From: Candidatus Dojkabacteria bacterium
Lineage (GTDB): Bacteria; Patescibacteriota; Dojkabacteria; SC72; JAHDCA01
Assembly: GCA_030583845.1 (NCBI GenBank)
Contig: CP129478.1
Span: 651,686-715,685 of the forward strand
DNA: 64,000 nt
Direction: 5' to 3'
Within the stretch, counting starts at the first letter, position 1. The number at the start of each line of letters is the position of its first letter. Positions 17,913-26,834 of this stretch are shown here, one piece after another. The notes beneath the pieces are model-generated. The model saw only the letters and a program-made list of their open reading frames with translations. It searched no databases and was not told the origin of the DNA. The position numbers were made by a program, and so were the translations under genes.

Positions 17913-18033
17913 CCCCGCTAACTTATAGTGCGGTAGTTGTTAAATCTGTGGAGTAAGATTTTCAAAAGATGTAGCGTTACTTAGATAAGTGCATTCTCGT
18001 CGCTATCGGAAAACGCACTATAAGTTAGCGGGG
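17913..18033. repeat. 121-bp MITE-like element with 20-bp terminal inverted repeats CCCCGCTAACTTATAGTGCG / CGCACTATAAGTTAGCGGGG, identical to the rnpB P3 stem sequence
   Basis: Read directly. Fills the whole spacer between the pyrH-like stop (17910-17912) and the greA stop (18034-18036), where the two genes converge. Confidence 0.7.
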
Positions 18034-18498
18034 TTACTTTACGCTCAGGATCTTGTATTCAAGCTTCTTTCGAGGAAGCTCTACGACTACTTTTGCGCCA
18101 GCCTTCTTGCCGGCTATTGCCATGCCGATAGGTGACTTGAGGGTAATTTTGTTGTTAAGCGGGTCAGACTCAGACTCACCAACTATGAAGTAAACAACCT
18201 TGCTGCCATCAACATCCACCTCTACTTCTGCTCCAAGCTCTACGACGCCACTATCTCCGCCTTTTGAATCATTAACAATATCTGCGGTATCAAGTATTAC
18301 CTGTATATCCGCAATTCGTTTCTCATTCACCTGGTACTGCTCCAATGAAAGCGTATAGCCTTCATTCTCAGATACATCGCCTCGTGCACGCATCTCTTCT
18401 ACAATGCCCTTGAGCTCGTCTCTTTTGACAGTAAGTTTCTGCAGGTCCTTTTTCAATTTTTCGTATCCCTTCTGTGTCAGTTGAACTTTCTCGTTCAT
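18034..18498 (-). CDS. greA: transcription elongation factor GreA
   Basis: 154 aa. Canonical coiled-coil tip RARGDVSENEGY and C-terminal FKBP-like domain. Confidence 0.9.
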   Translation of the reverse strand: MNEKVQLTQKGYEKLKKDLQKLTVKRDELKGIVEEMRARGDVSENEGYTLSLEQYQVNEKRIADIQVILDTADIVNDSKGGDSGVVELGAEVEVDVDGSKVVYFIVGESESDPLNNKITLKSPIGMAIAGKKAGAKVVVELPRKKLEYKILSVK

Positions 18499-18774
18499 GA
18501 TTGCGTGACTAAAATATTAGCTTATGTCATTGGGTAGTTGACGGGAAAACCGATCCAAATTCTATACTGAACCGAAATATTATGCAACATACATGCTGAC
18601 CTGTTGCTTGTCCAGGTGGCTTCTTTTACTAAGTATATTGCAGAGTTAAGGTGCCAATTGTCCAAGCAAAAGGTCAGCAAGTATAACTTATATGTATGTA
18701 AATCATAGCTTTTTAGCAATTAACAGTTCATTAAGTCTATGGTAAAATACTTTCCTGAGATCTGTTTTAGCTAC

Positions 18775-18849
18775 GCCGCCATCGTCTAACGGCTAGGACA
18801 CTAGGTTCTCATCCTAGCAATCGGGGTTCGATTCCCCGTGGCGGTACCA
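18775..18849 (+). tRNA. tRNA-Glu (anticodon CUC), CCA encoded
   Basis: Manual cloverleaf. Acceptor GCCGCCA/TGGCGGT. Anticodon stem CTAGG/CCTAG with loop TTCTCAT. T-arm GGGGTTCGATTCCCC. Aligns with the E. coli tRNA-Glu D-arm UCGUCUA. Confidence 0.8.
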
Positions 18850-18877
18850 AATATAGAGAAATAACAATATCCCAAAC

Positions 18878-19546
18878 ATGTTGAAAGTCGATGTAATAAC
18901 AATCTTTCCAGAGCAGATTGAAAATTTCATGCAGTTCGGCCTTTTCAGGATCGCTAAAGAGTCCGGCGCTTTGGAATGCAAAGCTCATGACCTCCGCAAA
19001 TGGACAACTGATAATCATAAAAGTGTAGACGATCGGCCATATGGCGGCGGTGCAGGCATGGTCATGAAAATTGAGCCAATATACCGCGCGCTTGAAGAGC
19101 TACGCCAGAAAGATAGCGTGGTAGTTGCTTTAACACCAAAAGGCCATCTGCTTAAGCAGAAAATATTGAGGGAGATTGTTGCAAAGAATACTGAGCATAT
19201 GATACTAATCGCTGGCCATTATGAAGGCTTTGATCAGAGGATCCTTGATAATCTGGTGGATATGCGAATATCGGTAGGCGAGTATGTCCTATCAGGTGGT
19301 GAGTTGCCAGCTTTGACTCTGCTTGATGGAGTTGTGAGGTTGCTTCCTGGCGTTCTGGGCAATGAGCACTCTTCTACCGATGAGTCTCATGAAAACAATT
19401 TGCTAGAATATGCACAATATACACGCCCGGAGGAGTTTAATGGCTGGAAAGTGCCGGATGTGTTGCTTTCTGGAAACCATAAAGAAATCACCGAATGGCG
19501 TAAAGAGTCGTCGAAAAAGATGACCGACCAGTTTAAAGCCAGGTAA
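18878..19546 (+). CDS. trmD: tRNA (guanine37-N1)-methyltransferase
   Basis: 222 aa. MLKVDVITIFPE start, DDRPYGGGAGMVM motif, SPOUT fold. Confidence 0.9.
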   Translation: MLKVDVITIFPEQIENFMQFGLFRIAKESGALECKAHDLRKWTTDNHKSVDDRPYGGGAGMVMKIEPIYRALEELRQKDSVVVALTPKGHLLKQKILREIVAKNTEHMILIAGHYEGFDQRILDNLVDMRISVGEYVLSGGELPALTLLDGVVRLLPGVLGNEHSSTDESHENNLLEYAQYTRPEEFNGWKVPDVLLSGNHKEITEWRKESSKKMTDQFKAR

Positions 19547-19588
19547 AATCCTCTATCCTATAGGCAATTACTTATACCTATTTATGCT

Positions 19589-19616
19589 TTGAGTGCGCGC
19601 CAATTCGTTGTATAAT
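19589..19616 (+). promoter_or_regulatory. sigma70-like promoter for the greA-like gene
   Basis: -35 TTGAGT (19589-19594), 14-nt spacer, then extended -10 TGTATAAT (19609-19616), 32 nt upstream of the start. Confidence 0.4.
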
Positions 19617-19647
19617 GACCGCAGGGATTAAATGTATTTAGTGCCGG

Positions 19648-20124
19648 TTGAAAGGACTGTACGTGGGACGCAAGAAATATTTCTTGACCAAGCAAAAGGT
19701 CAAGGAGCTCAAAAAAGAGCTGAGTATACTCGAAACCAAAGGTAGGCAGGAGATCGCAGATAGCTTAAACTGGCTGCGAGACTTGCCGAATAGCCAGGAG
19801 GACGACGAATTCTCAGATGTGTTGGATAATAAAAGATACCTCGAGAAAAGGATCGTAGAGATCAAAGATATTCTCTCCAATTTTGAGATTGTGAAGCATT
19901 CGCTCAAGGATACTGTTTCCGTCGGAACCACCGTAAAGGTGGGTTTTGAGGGATATGTGGAGAAATTCATGATAGTCTCAGCTTTGGAGGCAGATCCGCT
20001 TAATAATAAGATATCCGACGAATCTCCTGTTGGCAGGTCGCTTGTGGGTGCGAAAGTCGGTGACAAAGTCTTGGTGGATATGGGGGGCATCAAGAAAGCA
20101 TTCAGAATACTAGGTATTGAGTAA
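19648..20124 (+). CDS. GreA/GreB-family paralog with non-canonical coiled-coil tip
   Basis: 158 aa (TTG start; GTG at 19663 is an alternative). C-terminal Gre FKBP-like domain (SALEADPLNNKISDESPVGRSLVGAKVGDKV). The tip reads LPNSQEDDEFSD instead of the DxSENxEY motif. Confidence 0.7.
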   Translation: MKGLYVGRKKYFLTKQKVKELKKELSILETKGRQEIADSLNWLRDLPNSQEDDEFSDVLDNKRYLEKRIVEIKDILSNFEIVKHSLKDTVSVGTTVKVGFEGYVEKFMIVSALEADPLNNKISDESPVGRSLVGAKVGDKVLVDMGGIKKAFRILGIE

Positions 20125-20154
20125 CTCATATAAATTAAACCATTCTAAGCAGGA

Positions 20155-21486
20155 ATGATTGAACCAAAGATCTTAGATGCCGACCTGTCGCATCTATCTA
20201 AGTCAGAGCTTGATGCCATTGAGCGGCTCAAGGTAGTGGGAGAAATTGTACATAAGATGTGGCTGGCTCAAGTGGATCCCGGGAAAGGTATGGTCAACGT
20301 CTACCCGGATGGCGTTACGAAGAAAGAGGTATTGCTGGCGGCTAAGAAAGACTCCGCAATAACATCCCCATATACATTTGTAGAAGAGAGCAACGGCAGA
20401 CTGAAGGCGGTCCACTACAGAGATAAATTCGATTCAGAAATTGATGAAGTTGTAAAAATACTTAAAGAATGCGCCGATATTCTTGAAGATTCTGAAACGA
20501 AAAGCTACTTCACGAAGCTAGCAAAGGCATGGGATAAAGGTGATTTCGACGAGGCATTAAATGTATACCTTAAAAATGGCCACACTCGAATTGAAGTGCT
20601 CATGGGTCCACTCGAGACATATGAAGATAAGCTCCTCGGCTACAAGAAATCGTTCCAATTCAACCTGCGCGTCTTACGAGAGAAAGAAACAGAGGATAGT
20701 GACAAATTTATCCAGCTGTTCAAGACAGCCGATATCCTAAATCCGACCTCAATGGCTTCAAAAGAGATTCAAAGGCGCAAAGTCACATTTAGAGTAGACG
20801 ATGTATTGATGTTCTCAGGAAGGCAATCAAACACCCAATCAACCGGGACTAATCTGCCAAATGAAACCGATCTTGCGGAAAAGATGGGCACGAAGATTCT
20901 GGTGTATCGAAATGCGCTCGAGTACAAGTTTAGGAACAACCTCTCCTGGCTGATGGACCGCATCGATATAAAAGGTAAAGATGTAAAGCTTGAAGATGCA
21001 ATGGAAGGTGAGCTCTATTCATTAGCATTTCATGAAATAACAGAAGGTCTTGTCAAATTCGACGGTTATGAAGAAAGGCTACAAAATTACTCAAATGCTA
21101 TTCGCGAACTAAATGCGACGCTTCTTGGTATGAAGAGCGCGAAGTATCATTTTCTCAAGGGTGTTTTCACCCAAGAAGAGATGGAAGATATGCTGGTCGC
21201 GACACTGATCTATAGTGTTGATGTTTGTCTTCGGCATGAGGAGAGCTCCTCGATCGATGAGTACGCAAAGGGTTTTGCGTTACTGTTTAATTATGCCTCA
21301 AGGATTGGAGCTGTTGAGTTCTCAACTGACAAGGTCTCGGTAGACTTAGCAAGGCTATCTGAGGCGATAGATATAATGGGAGGCATTACTCTGCAGATTT
21401 TTGAGTTTGGAGATGCTGACGACGCAGAGAGGCTGTTCAACGAGTATGGCAGCTACGAGATATTCAAGAAGCTTCCTCAGAAGTAA
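20155..21486 (+). CDS. hypothetical cytosolic protein (weak resemblance to M49/DPP-III-like fold, catalytic motif not intact)
   Basis: 443 aa. Contains AFHEITEG where M49 enzymes have HELLGH, so the second His is missing. No other motif. Confidence 0.3.
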   Translation: MIEPKILDADLSHLSKSELDAIERLKVVGEIVHKMWLAQVDPGKGMVNVYPDGVTKKEVLLAAKKDSAITSPYTFVEESNGRLKAVHYRDKFDSEIDEVVKILKECADILEDSETKSYFTKLAKAWDKGDFDEALNVYLKNGHTRIEVLMGPLETYEDKLLGYKKSFQFNLRVLREKETEDSDKFIQLFKTADILNPTSMASKEIQRRKVTFRVDDVLMFSGRQSNTQSTGTNLPNETDLAEKMGTKILVYRNALEYKFRNNLSWLMDRIDIKGKDVKLEDAMEGELYSLAFHEITEGLVKFDGYEERLQNYSNAIRELNATLLGMKSAKYHFLKGVFTQEEMEDMLVATLIYSVDVCLRHEESSSIDEYAKGFALLFNYASRIGAVEFSTDKVSVDLARLSEAIDIMGGITLQIFEFGDADDAERLFNEYGSYEIFKKLPQK

Positions 21487-21591
21487 CGATCACTTAGTCC
21501 TGATTGGTCGAAAATTGCCTCTCTAGGAGGCTTTGGGGGTTTAAGCATTTAGCTAGTTTACTGACGCTGAGTGGTCGGGTAAAATTCAGGT

Positions 21592-21957
21592 ATGGAGTCA
21601 TTCAAAGATTTACTGAAGGATAAAGAGAAATATAAAGAGACCCTCATCGCTAAGAACAAATACGTCAGCAAAGAATTTCAGGATTACGGCTATCGGTTGG
21701 CGATGAAGCTCGGGGAAGAGAAAAATGTCTCGCTCTATATTCGGCTTGCCAAAGAGAAGCCGAGGGCATGGCTTGAGCAAGCACTATCTTTTGCAGTAGA
21801 TTATCCGAACGCCAAAAATAAAGCGAGGCTTTTCATGTGGAAGCTGAAGCAGCTAGAGACCGAGTACTTCGACGCAAAAGATAAAAAAGCTGAAATGAGT
21901 GATAAGGCTGCTGAATCCAAGGCACCGAAACAGAAAAAATCATCAAAGGCAAAATGA
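21592..21957 (+). CDS. hypothetical small protein with Lys-rich C-terminal tail
   Basis: 121 aa, ends KAAESKAPKQKKSSKAK. ATGA overlap with the next gene. Confidence 0.35.
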   Translation: MESFKDLLKDKEKYKETLIAKNKYVSKEFQDYGYRLAMKLGEEKNVSLYIRLAKEKPRAWLEQALSFAVDYPNAKNKARLFMWKLKQLETEYFDAKDKKAEMSDKAAESKAPKQKKSSKAK

Positions 21958-22757
21958 TGCATTGGTTGAAACCATCATATGCTGCCCTCAAGTTAGAAAT
22001 CTCCCACGATCTATCATATCGATTAAAGATATTCAGCTGGATGCTGGCTGATATCTTGCAGCCGCTTATCTTCGCATATCTCTGGAGCTCGGTAGCGCGT
22101 TACCAAGGTAATGTGGATCAGGCAGTAGAGGTATTTAGCTACTTCTTCTTTTTTATGATTGTAACGCGTATAGCTCAAGATTGGAGCATATTTTCAGTGA
22201 CAGATTCGATCATGAACGGCGAGTTTGGGCAGCATCTTTTGCGCCCGGTCAATTATATGTTTATGTATGGTGGACGCTCAGCGGGGCTTAAGCTATTCAG
22301 GCTAGCTATATTTCTGCCTGTGGCTTTGGCAATCAGCTTCGCGTGGAGAGATAGGCTGATAGTTGACATGAATCTTGAGCGCGCGATCGGTCTTTTATTT
22401 GCAATAGTGATAGCCATCGGGGCGAATTATATGATTGGGCATATCTTCGCTCTGGCGGCATTCTATATGGAAAATGTCCGTGGTATTAGGACGATGTTTG
22501 TGAATACACTTAGCTTGGTGACAGGTGAGTATATTCCAATTGCTCTGCTTGTAAGTGGGGTGTTGCTGTTGATTTGGGAATATCTCCCGTTTAGATATAT
22601 CTACTCTTTCCCGGTCGAGATACTTATTGGGAATGTAGATAGAGATGGAATATTCAGAGGCCTGCTAATCGGAGGGGCATATCTCTCATTCAGTGTGGTT
22701 TTTTACAAAATTTTCATTAAAAAAGCGTTAAGCAGATATGAAACGGAGGGCGGATAG
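21954..22757 (+). CDS. ABC-2-family-like permease / polytopic membrane protein (paralog 1)
   Basis: 267 aa, 6 predicted TM helices, similar topology to the next ORF. Confidence 0.45.
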   Translation: MMHWLKPSYAALKLEISHDLSYRLKIFSWMLADILQPLIFAYLWSSVARYQGNVDQAVEVFSYFFFFMIVTRIAQDWSIFSVTDSIMNGEFGQHLLRPVNYMFMYGGRSAGLKLFRLAIFLPVALAISFAWRDRLIVDMNLERAIGLLFAIVIAIGANYMIGHIFALAAFYMENVRGIRTMFVNTLSLVTGEYIPIALLVSGVLLLIWEYLPFRYIYSFPVEILIGNVDRDGIFRGLLIGGAYLSFSVVFYKIFIKKALSRYETEGG

Positions 22758-23543
22758 ATGAAATACTATATGAGGCTATGGCTTCTAGTTGTGAAAAGAA
22801 GCTTGAACCGAGACATGGTTCACAGACCAGACTTTTTAACTAAAGTCTTCCGTGCATTTTTCGTAGTTGCGACCCAGCTGCTGATTGTATGGGGATTGTT
22901 TGGTGAAAGCGGTGAAGTAGCTGGATGGAGCCGAAACCAGTTTATCTTGCTACTTGGTTACTATAATCTGGTGAACTATCTAGGGTGGGGGATATTTAAT
23001 GTGAATTTATGGCGGCTTGAAGAGCGCGTGATGAAGGGTGAGTTCGACTATTTTATGCTTTCACCTGCAGGCTCACTCTTCCAGGCATCATTTGGCGAAT
23101 TCTTTATCGATGATGCTATTACCTCGCTTTCTGGTGCTGTGATGGTGATCTACTATTTTGTCGCTGAGTCGGAGAGCCTGAGCCTTTGGACGATCCCGCT
23201 AGCAATATTAATGCTGATTATCGCCTTGGTAATTTGGTACGGCTTACATTTAGTGGTGGCAAGCATCAGTTTGTGGAAAGTTGAAACCGGTTTTATGGAT
23301 CTGATGAAGGGTATCACCAGGATCGGCGCCTTTCCTACAGATATCTATCCAGCGGCTGTACAGCTGATACTTTATACTCTTTTTCCAGTAGCGTTTATAG
23401 CGACTGTGCCGGCAGAGATACTGATTGGGGAAAGTGCTATCTGGATGGTGGGCGTAGCTGCCTCTATAGCTGTGCTATTTCTCATTGTCGGGATAGGAAT
23501 GTGGAGATTGATGCTTAATCGTTATAGCAGTGCAGGGAGCTAA
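22758..23543 (+). CDS. ABC-2-family-like permease / polytopic membrane protein (paralog 2)
   Basis: 261 aa, 6 predicted TM helices. Start abuts the previous stop. Confidence 0.45.
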   Translation: MKYYMRLWLLVVKRSLNRDMVHRPDFLTKVFRAFFVVATQLLIVWGLFGESGEVAGWSRNQFILLLGYYNLVNYLGWGIFNVNLWRLEERVMKGEFDYFMLSPAGSLFQASFGEFFIDDAITSLSGAVMVIYYFVAESESLSLWTIPLAILMLIIALVIWYGLHLVVASISLWKVETGFMDLMKGITRIGAFPTDIYPAAVQLILYTLFPVAFIATVPAEILIGESAIWMVGVAASIAVLFLIVGIGMWRLMLNRYSSAGS

Positions 23544-24136
23544 TCCTTCAAGAAATCAGGAATGTCGTACTGCTTATATTCTGGTAGTAGGTTTTGCCCG
23601 TAGATTATCCGTGACATCGCTTCCGCGGTGAGCTTTGCGTCTTCGAGTGCGTTGTGAATTTTGCGGTTATCCTCCATCCCGACAAATTCCAATGTACCCC
23701 TAAGTCCAAGCTTGCTCTTGCCATCGACCACATATGGCTTGCCATTTAGCTTGAGATATTTGACATAAGCAAGTGCGTGGAGGTCTACCACTCTGTAGGA
23801 GAAAGGTGTGCCAAAACCCCATCTTTGGGCTTCGTTCTCCAATAAAAACGCATCGAATCCGACGGAAGATCCTCCATGTGTTCTATCTTCAAATTGCTGT
23901 GTCCATTCTATATATTTACCTAACAACTCTTTTACAGTAGGCTTGTTTGGATCTTGCATCGCCTCGATCGAGAAGCCGGTAATTTCTGGAACCTCTTCAT
24001 TTATAATTGCTCCTTCCCATATGCGGCATTCACCGTAAAAGGTTTTTTCGGGCTCCTCTAGGCAGATTGCTCCAATACTCAGCAGCGAGCACTCGGTCAC
24101 ATTTAGTCCTGTTGCTTCTACATCTACAATTATCAT
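23540..24136 (-). CDS. DEDDh 3'-5' exonuclease (DnaQ/oligoribonuclease-like)
   Basis: Exo I motif MIIVDVEATGL directly at the ATG (rc of 24134-24136). Exo III HNALEDAKLTAE. The ORF track's longer form uses a TTG at 24160. Confidence 0.75.
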   Translation of the reverse strand: MIIVDVEATGLNVTECSLLSIGAICLEEPEKTFYGECRIWEGAIINEEVPEITGFSIEAMQDPNKPTVKELLGKYIEWTQQFEDRTHGGSSVGFDAFLLENEAQRWGFGTPFSYRVVDLHALAYVKYLKLNGKPYVVDGKSKLGLRGTLEFVGMEDNRKIHNALEDAKLTAEAMSRIIYGQNLLPEYKQYDIPDFLKD

Positions 24137-24161
24137 ACGTGTATATCGGTCAGACCCCAAG

Positions 24162-24187
24162 TGCTCAGACCCGATCGGGTCTGAGCA
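24162..24187. repeat. 26-bp palindrome TGCTCAGACCCGATCGGGTCTGAGCA (copy 2) with adjacent module CTCTGAGCAGAGTGGGTCTAA (24194-24214)
   Basis: Read directly. Inverted orientation relative to copy 1. Lies in the divergent promoter region between the exonuclease and HD genes. Confidence 0.8.
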
Positions 24188-24284
24188 ATTCTACTCTGAG
24201 CAGAGTGGGTCTAAACAACCTAGGTCTAACCTCTTTATTAATTAAGTAGCTATGGGATATAATAGCACAGATCATTAAAATCGC

Positions 24285-24848
24285 GTGATACAGAACATGG
24301 ATAGAGAAGGTGCAATGGCACTTGTAAAGCAGTACACCAAGAATGAAAATTTAATTAAACATATGCTTGCGGTTGAGGCAGCTATGCGTGCTTATGCGCA
24401 AAAGTATGGCGAAGATGTCGAAGAATGGGGAGTATGCGGACTTGTGCATGATTTTGATTATGAGAAAATGGGATCTGAGCATCCATCTGAGTGGGGATAT
24501 CAAACATTGAGAGAAAATGGGGCTAGCGAAGATATAATTATAGCGATCGAAGGGCACGCCGATGGAGGTAATCCAGGCTCCCGCCCATCCCATATGTCCA
24601 AGGCTCTTTTTGCAGTAGATGAAATGACCGGCTTTATCGTTGCATGCTCTCTCCCAAGGCCTGACCAGCTCTCAGGTCTGGAGGTGAAATCGGTAAAGAA
24701 GAAGATGAAGGATAAGGCTTTTGCTAAAGGGGTTCACCGCGAGCATCTGACTCAGGGTTGTGAAGAGCTAGGCGAAGACTTTGATACGCATGTGCAATTT
24801 GTGATTGATGCGATGCGTGGAATCAAAGATGAGCTCGGTCTGAAATAG
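24285..24848 (+). CDS. HD-domain phosphohydrolase
   Basis: 187 aa. H...HD motif (LVHDFDYE), YfbR/HDIG-like size. Confidence 0.7.
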   Translation: MIQNMDREGAMALVKQYTKNENLIKHMLAVEAAMRAYAQKYGEDVEEWGVCGLVHDFDYEKMGSEHPSEWGYQTLRENGASEDIIIAIEGHADGGNPGSRPSHMSKALFAVDEMTGFIVACSLPRPDQLSGLEVKSVKKKMKDKAFAKGVHREHLTQGCEELGEDFDTHVQFVIDAMRGIKDELGLK

Positions 24849-24906
24849 TAGCAGCAAACGATAAACTATTGCTGATTTGTGAAATTAATCTTTATTAAAA
24901 ATTTCG

Positions 24907-26238
24907 ATGACAGACATTAAAAGAATAGTAGAAAACCCAGAGCTCTATAAGGAGTTGGTAAAGCAGAAAAATATCAACCTAGATATCGATGAGCTACTTA
25001 AGCTTTACGAAGAACGTAAGGCTCTTACAACCGAAGTTGAGCAGCTCAGGAAAGAGAGAAACGACAACGTGGACGAGATTAAGAAAGTAAGCGGCAAACC
25101 GCCAGCAGATCTAGTTGAGAAAGGGAAAAGTATCAAAGCCAAGATTACGGAAGCCGAAGCAAAACTCGCAGAGATTGAAGCTAAATATGACGAGCTTATC
25201 TGGTACACCCCTATGTTTATTTCTGAGGATACCCCAGTCGGCAAAGATGACTCTGAGAATGTCGAGCTACGCAGGTGGTCGCCTGAGGGAGGAGAAGGTG
25301 GAGATCCCGCTAAGCCAAGTTTTGAGCAGAGAGATCATATTCAACTTGGTGAAGAGCTAAATCTGCTCGACTTGGAGCGAGGAGTGAAAACTGGTGGTTT
25401 TAGAGGCTACTATCTGAAGAATGAGGGTGCATTAATGCACATGGGCTTGATGATGTATGGCTTGAAGCTTATGCAATCGAAAGGCTTTGAGACATTTGTG
25501 CCGCCGACGATTGTAAAGCAGGATGCACTGTACGGCAGCGGTCATATGCCATTTGATTTGGCTAACATCTATGTAGTCGATAGTTTGGGTCACGTGAAAG
25601 AGGAAGAAGGAAGAGAGGATAAGGATAAGAAGTATCTAATTGGTACTGCTGAGCCGTCACTGCTTAATTACCACCGCGATGAGGTATTGAGCGAAGATCA
25701 GCTCCCAGTGAAATATGCAGGCTTCTCGCAGTGCTATAGGAGTGAGATAGGAAGCTACGGTAAAGATACACGAGGAATATACCGAATTCATGAATTTATG
25801 AAGATTGAGCAGGTAGTAATCTGCAAGAACGACATAGAAGAATCAACCAAGATGCATGATATGATGGTGAGCTACTCGGAGGAGCTACTGCAGGCATTGA
25901 AGCTGCCTTATCGAGTGTTGCAGATCTGTACGGGTGATATGGGTGCTGGCAAATACAGAATGTTTGACCTCGAGACATGGATGCCATCGAGAAACGGATA
26001 TGGCGAGACACATAGCGCTTCAAACCTGCTAGATTGGCAGACTCGTCGACTGAACCTACGAGTCAAAGGAAAAGATGGCAAGAACTACTATCCGTATGCA
26101 CTAAACAACACAGTTGTCGCATCGCCTCGAATTTTGATCGCAATCTGGGAAAACTATCAGAATGAGGATGGATCGATCACAGTACCAGAGGTTCTGCGAG
26201 AGTATGTGGGGAAAGATAAGATTGAACCACGTGCATAG
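24907..26238 (+). CDS. serS: seryl-tRNA synthetase
   Basis: 443 aa. N-terminal coiled-coil arm and class II core with FSQCYRSE (motif 2) and GTAEPSLL. Confidence 0.9.
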   Translation: MTDIKRIVENPELYKELVKQKNINLDIDELLKLYEERKALTTEVEQLRKERNDNVDEIKKVSGKPPADLVEKGKSIKAKITEAEAKLAEIEAKYDELIWYTPMFISEDTPVGKDDSENVELRRWSPEGGEGGDPAKPSFEQRDHIQLGEELNLLDLERGVKTGGFRGYYLKNEGALMHMGLMMYGLKLMQSKGFETFVPPTIVKQDALYGSGHMPFDLANIYVVDSLGHVKEEEGREDKDKKYLIGTAEPSLLNYHRDEVLSEDQLPVKYAGFSQCYRSEIGSYGKDTRGIYRIHEFMKIEQVVICKNDIEESTKMHDMMVSYSEELLQALKLPYRVLQICTGDMGAGKYRMFDLETWMPSRNGYGETHSASNLLDWQTRRLNLRVKGKDGKNYYPYALNNTVVASPRILIAIWENYQNEDGSITVPEVLREYVGKDKIEPRA

Positions 26239-26241
26239 CTA

Positions 26242-26808
26242 ATGAACTATTTTCTCGGGATCTTCCCGGATGAGATAGAGAAGGGGAGGATGGCTCAGAT
26301 CCTCCCCCAATATGCTTCTATATTCGACTCGCAAGATATCCCCGTCTACTATCCAGAAGCAGCTAAATATCATCTAACTTTGCTTTACCTCGGCGAGCGG
26401 TTGAGTCCGTTGATGAGGGTGAAGGTTGGGCGCGCGTTGAAAGGCTTCAAATATAAGCCTTTCAACGCCCGCATCAACAGCGTACGGCTCGGATTTTCCC
26501 AGTCACGCAATCCCGGCTTGCTCCATTTCACAGTCACTGATGAGAACAATGAGCTGCGCAACATAGTGTCGCAATTAAGCAGCATAATAGGTACGAAGAG
26601 AGAGAAAGCTTTCATCCCACACATCACGATCGGTCGTGTTCGTAATGAGATCTCGGCTGTCGAGTACCGAAATCTCTCAGATGCAGTTACTGCTCTGAAC
26701 CAAAGTGTATTTGCTGGGAAAGAGATCTCGTTCACCCCAGGTGCGATCTCGCTAGTGAAATCAACAGGCTCGCAATACAAAATCCTGAAAAAGTACCCGA
26801 TCAATTAG
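26242..26808 (+). CDS. 2H phosphoesterase family protein (2'-5' RNA ligase LigT/ThpR-like)
   Basis: 188 aa. Two H-x-T/S-x motifs: HLTLLYLG and HITIGRV. Confidence 0.7.
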   Translation: MNYFLGIFPDEIEKGRMAQILPQYASIFDSQDIPVYYPEAAKYHLTLLYLGERLSPLMRVKVGRALKGFKYKPFNARINSVRLGFSQSRNPGLLHFTVTDENNELRNIVSQLSSIIGTKREKAFIPHITIGRVRNEISAVEYRNLSDAVTALNQSVFAGKEISFTPGAISLVKSTGSQYKILKKYPIN

Positions 26809-26834
26809 CCCGACCACCCGACCACTTGCCCGAC

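Noticed and set aside
18547-18581. TTGACG...TATACT promoter-like sequence upstream of tRNA-Glu
   Set aside because: Spacing of 23 nt is too long for a good sigma70 promoter and it lies ~200 nt from the tRNA. A closer TGGTAAAAT box at 18738-18748 is a more likely but still unverified tRNA promoter. Neither was listed as a feature.
20155-21486. Dipeptidyl-peptidase III (M49) annotation for the 443-aa protein
   Set aside because: The would-be zinc motif reads HEITEG, not HExxGH, and no EExxAE second motif is evident. It is left as hypothetical.
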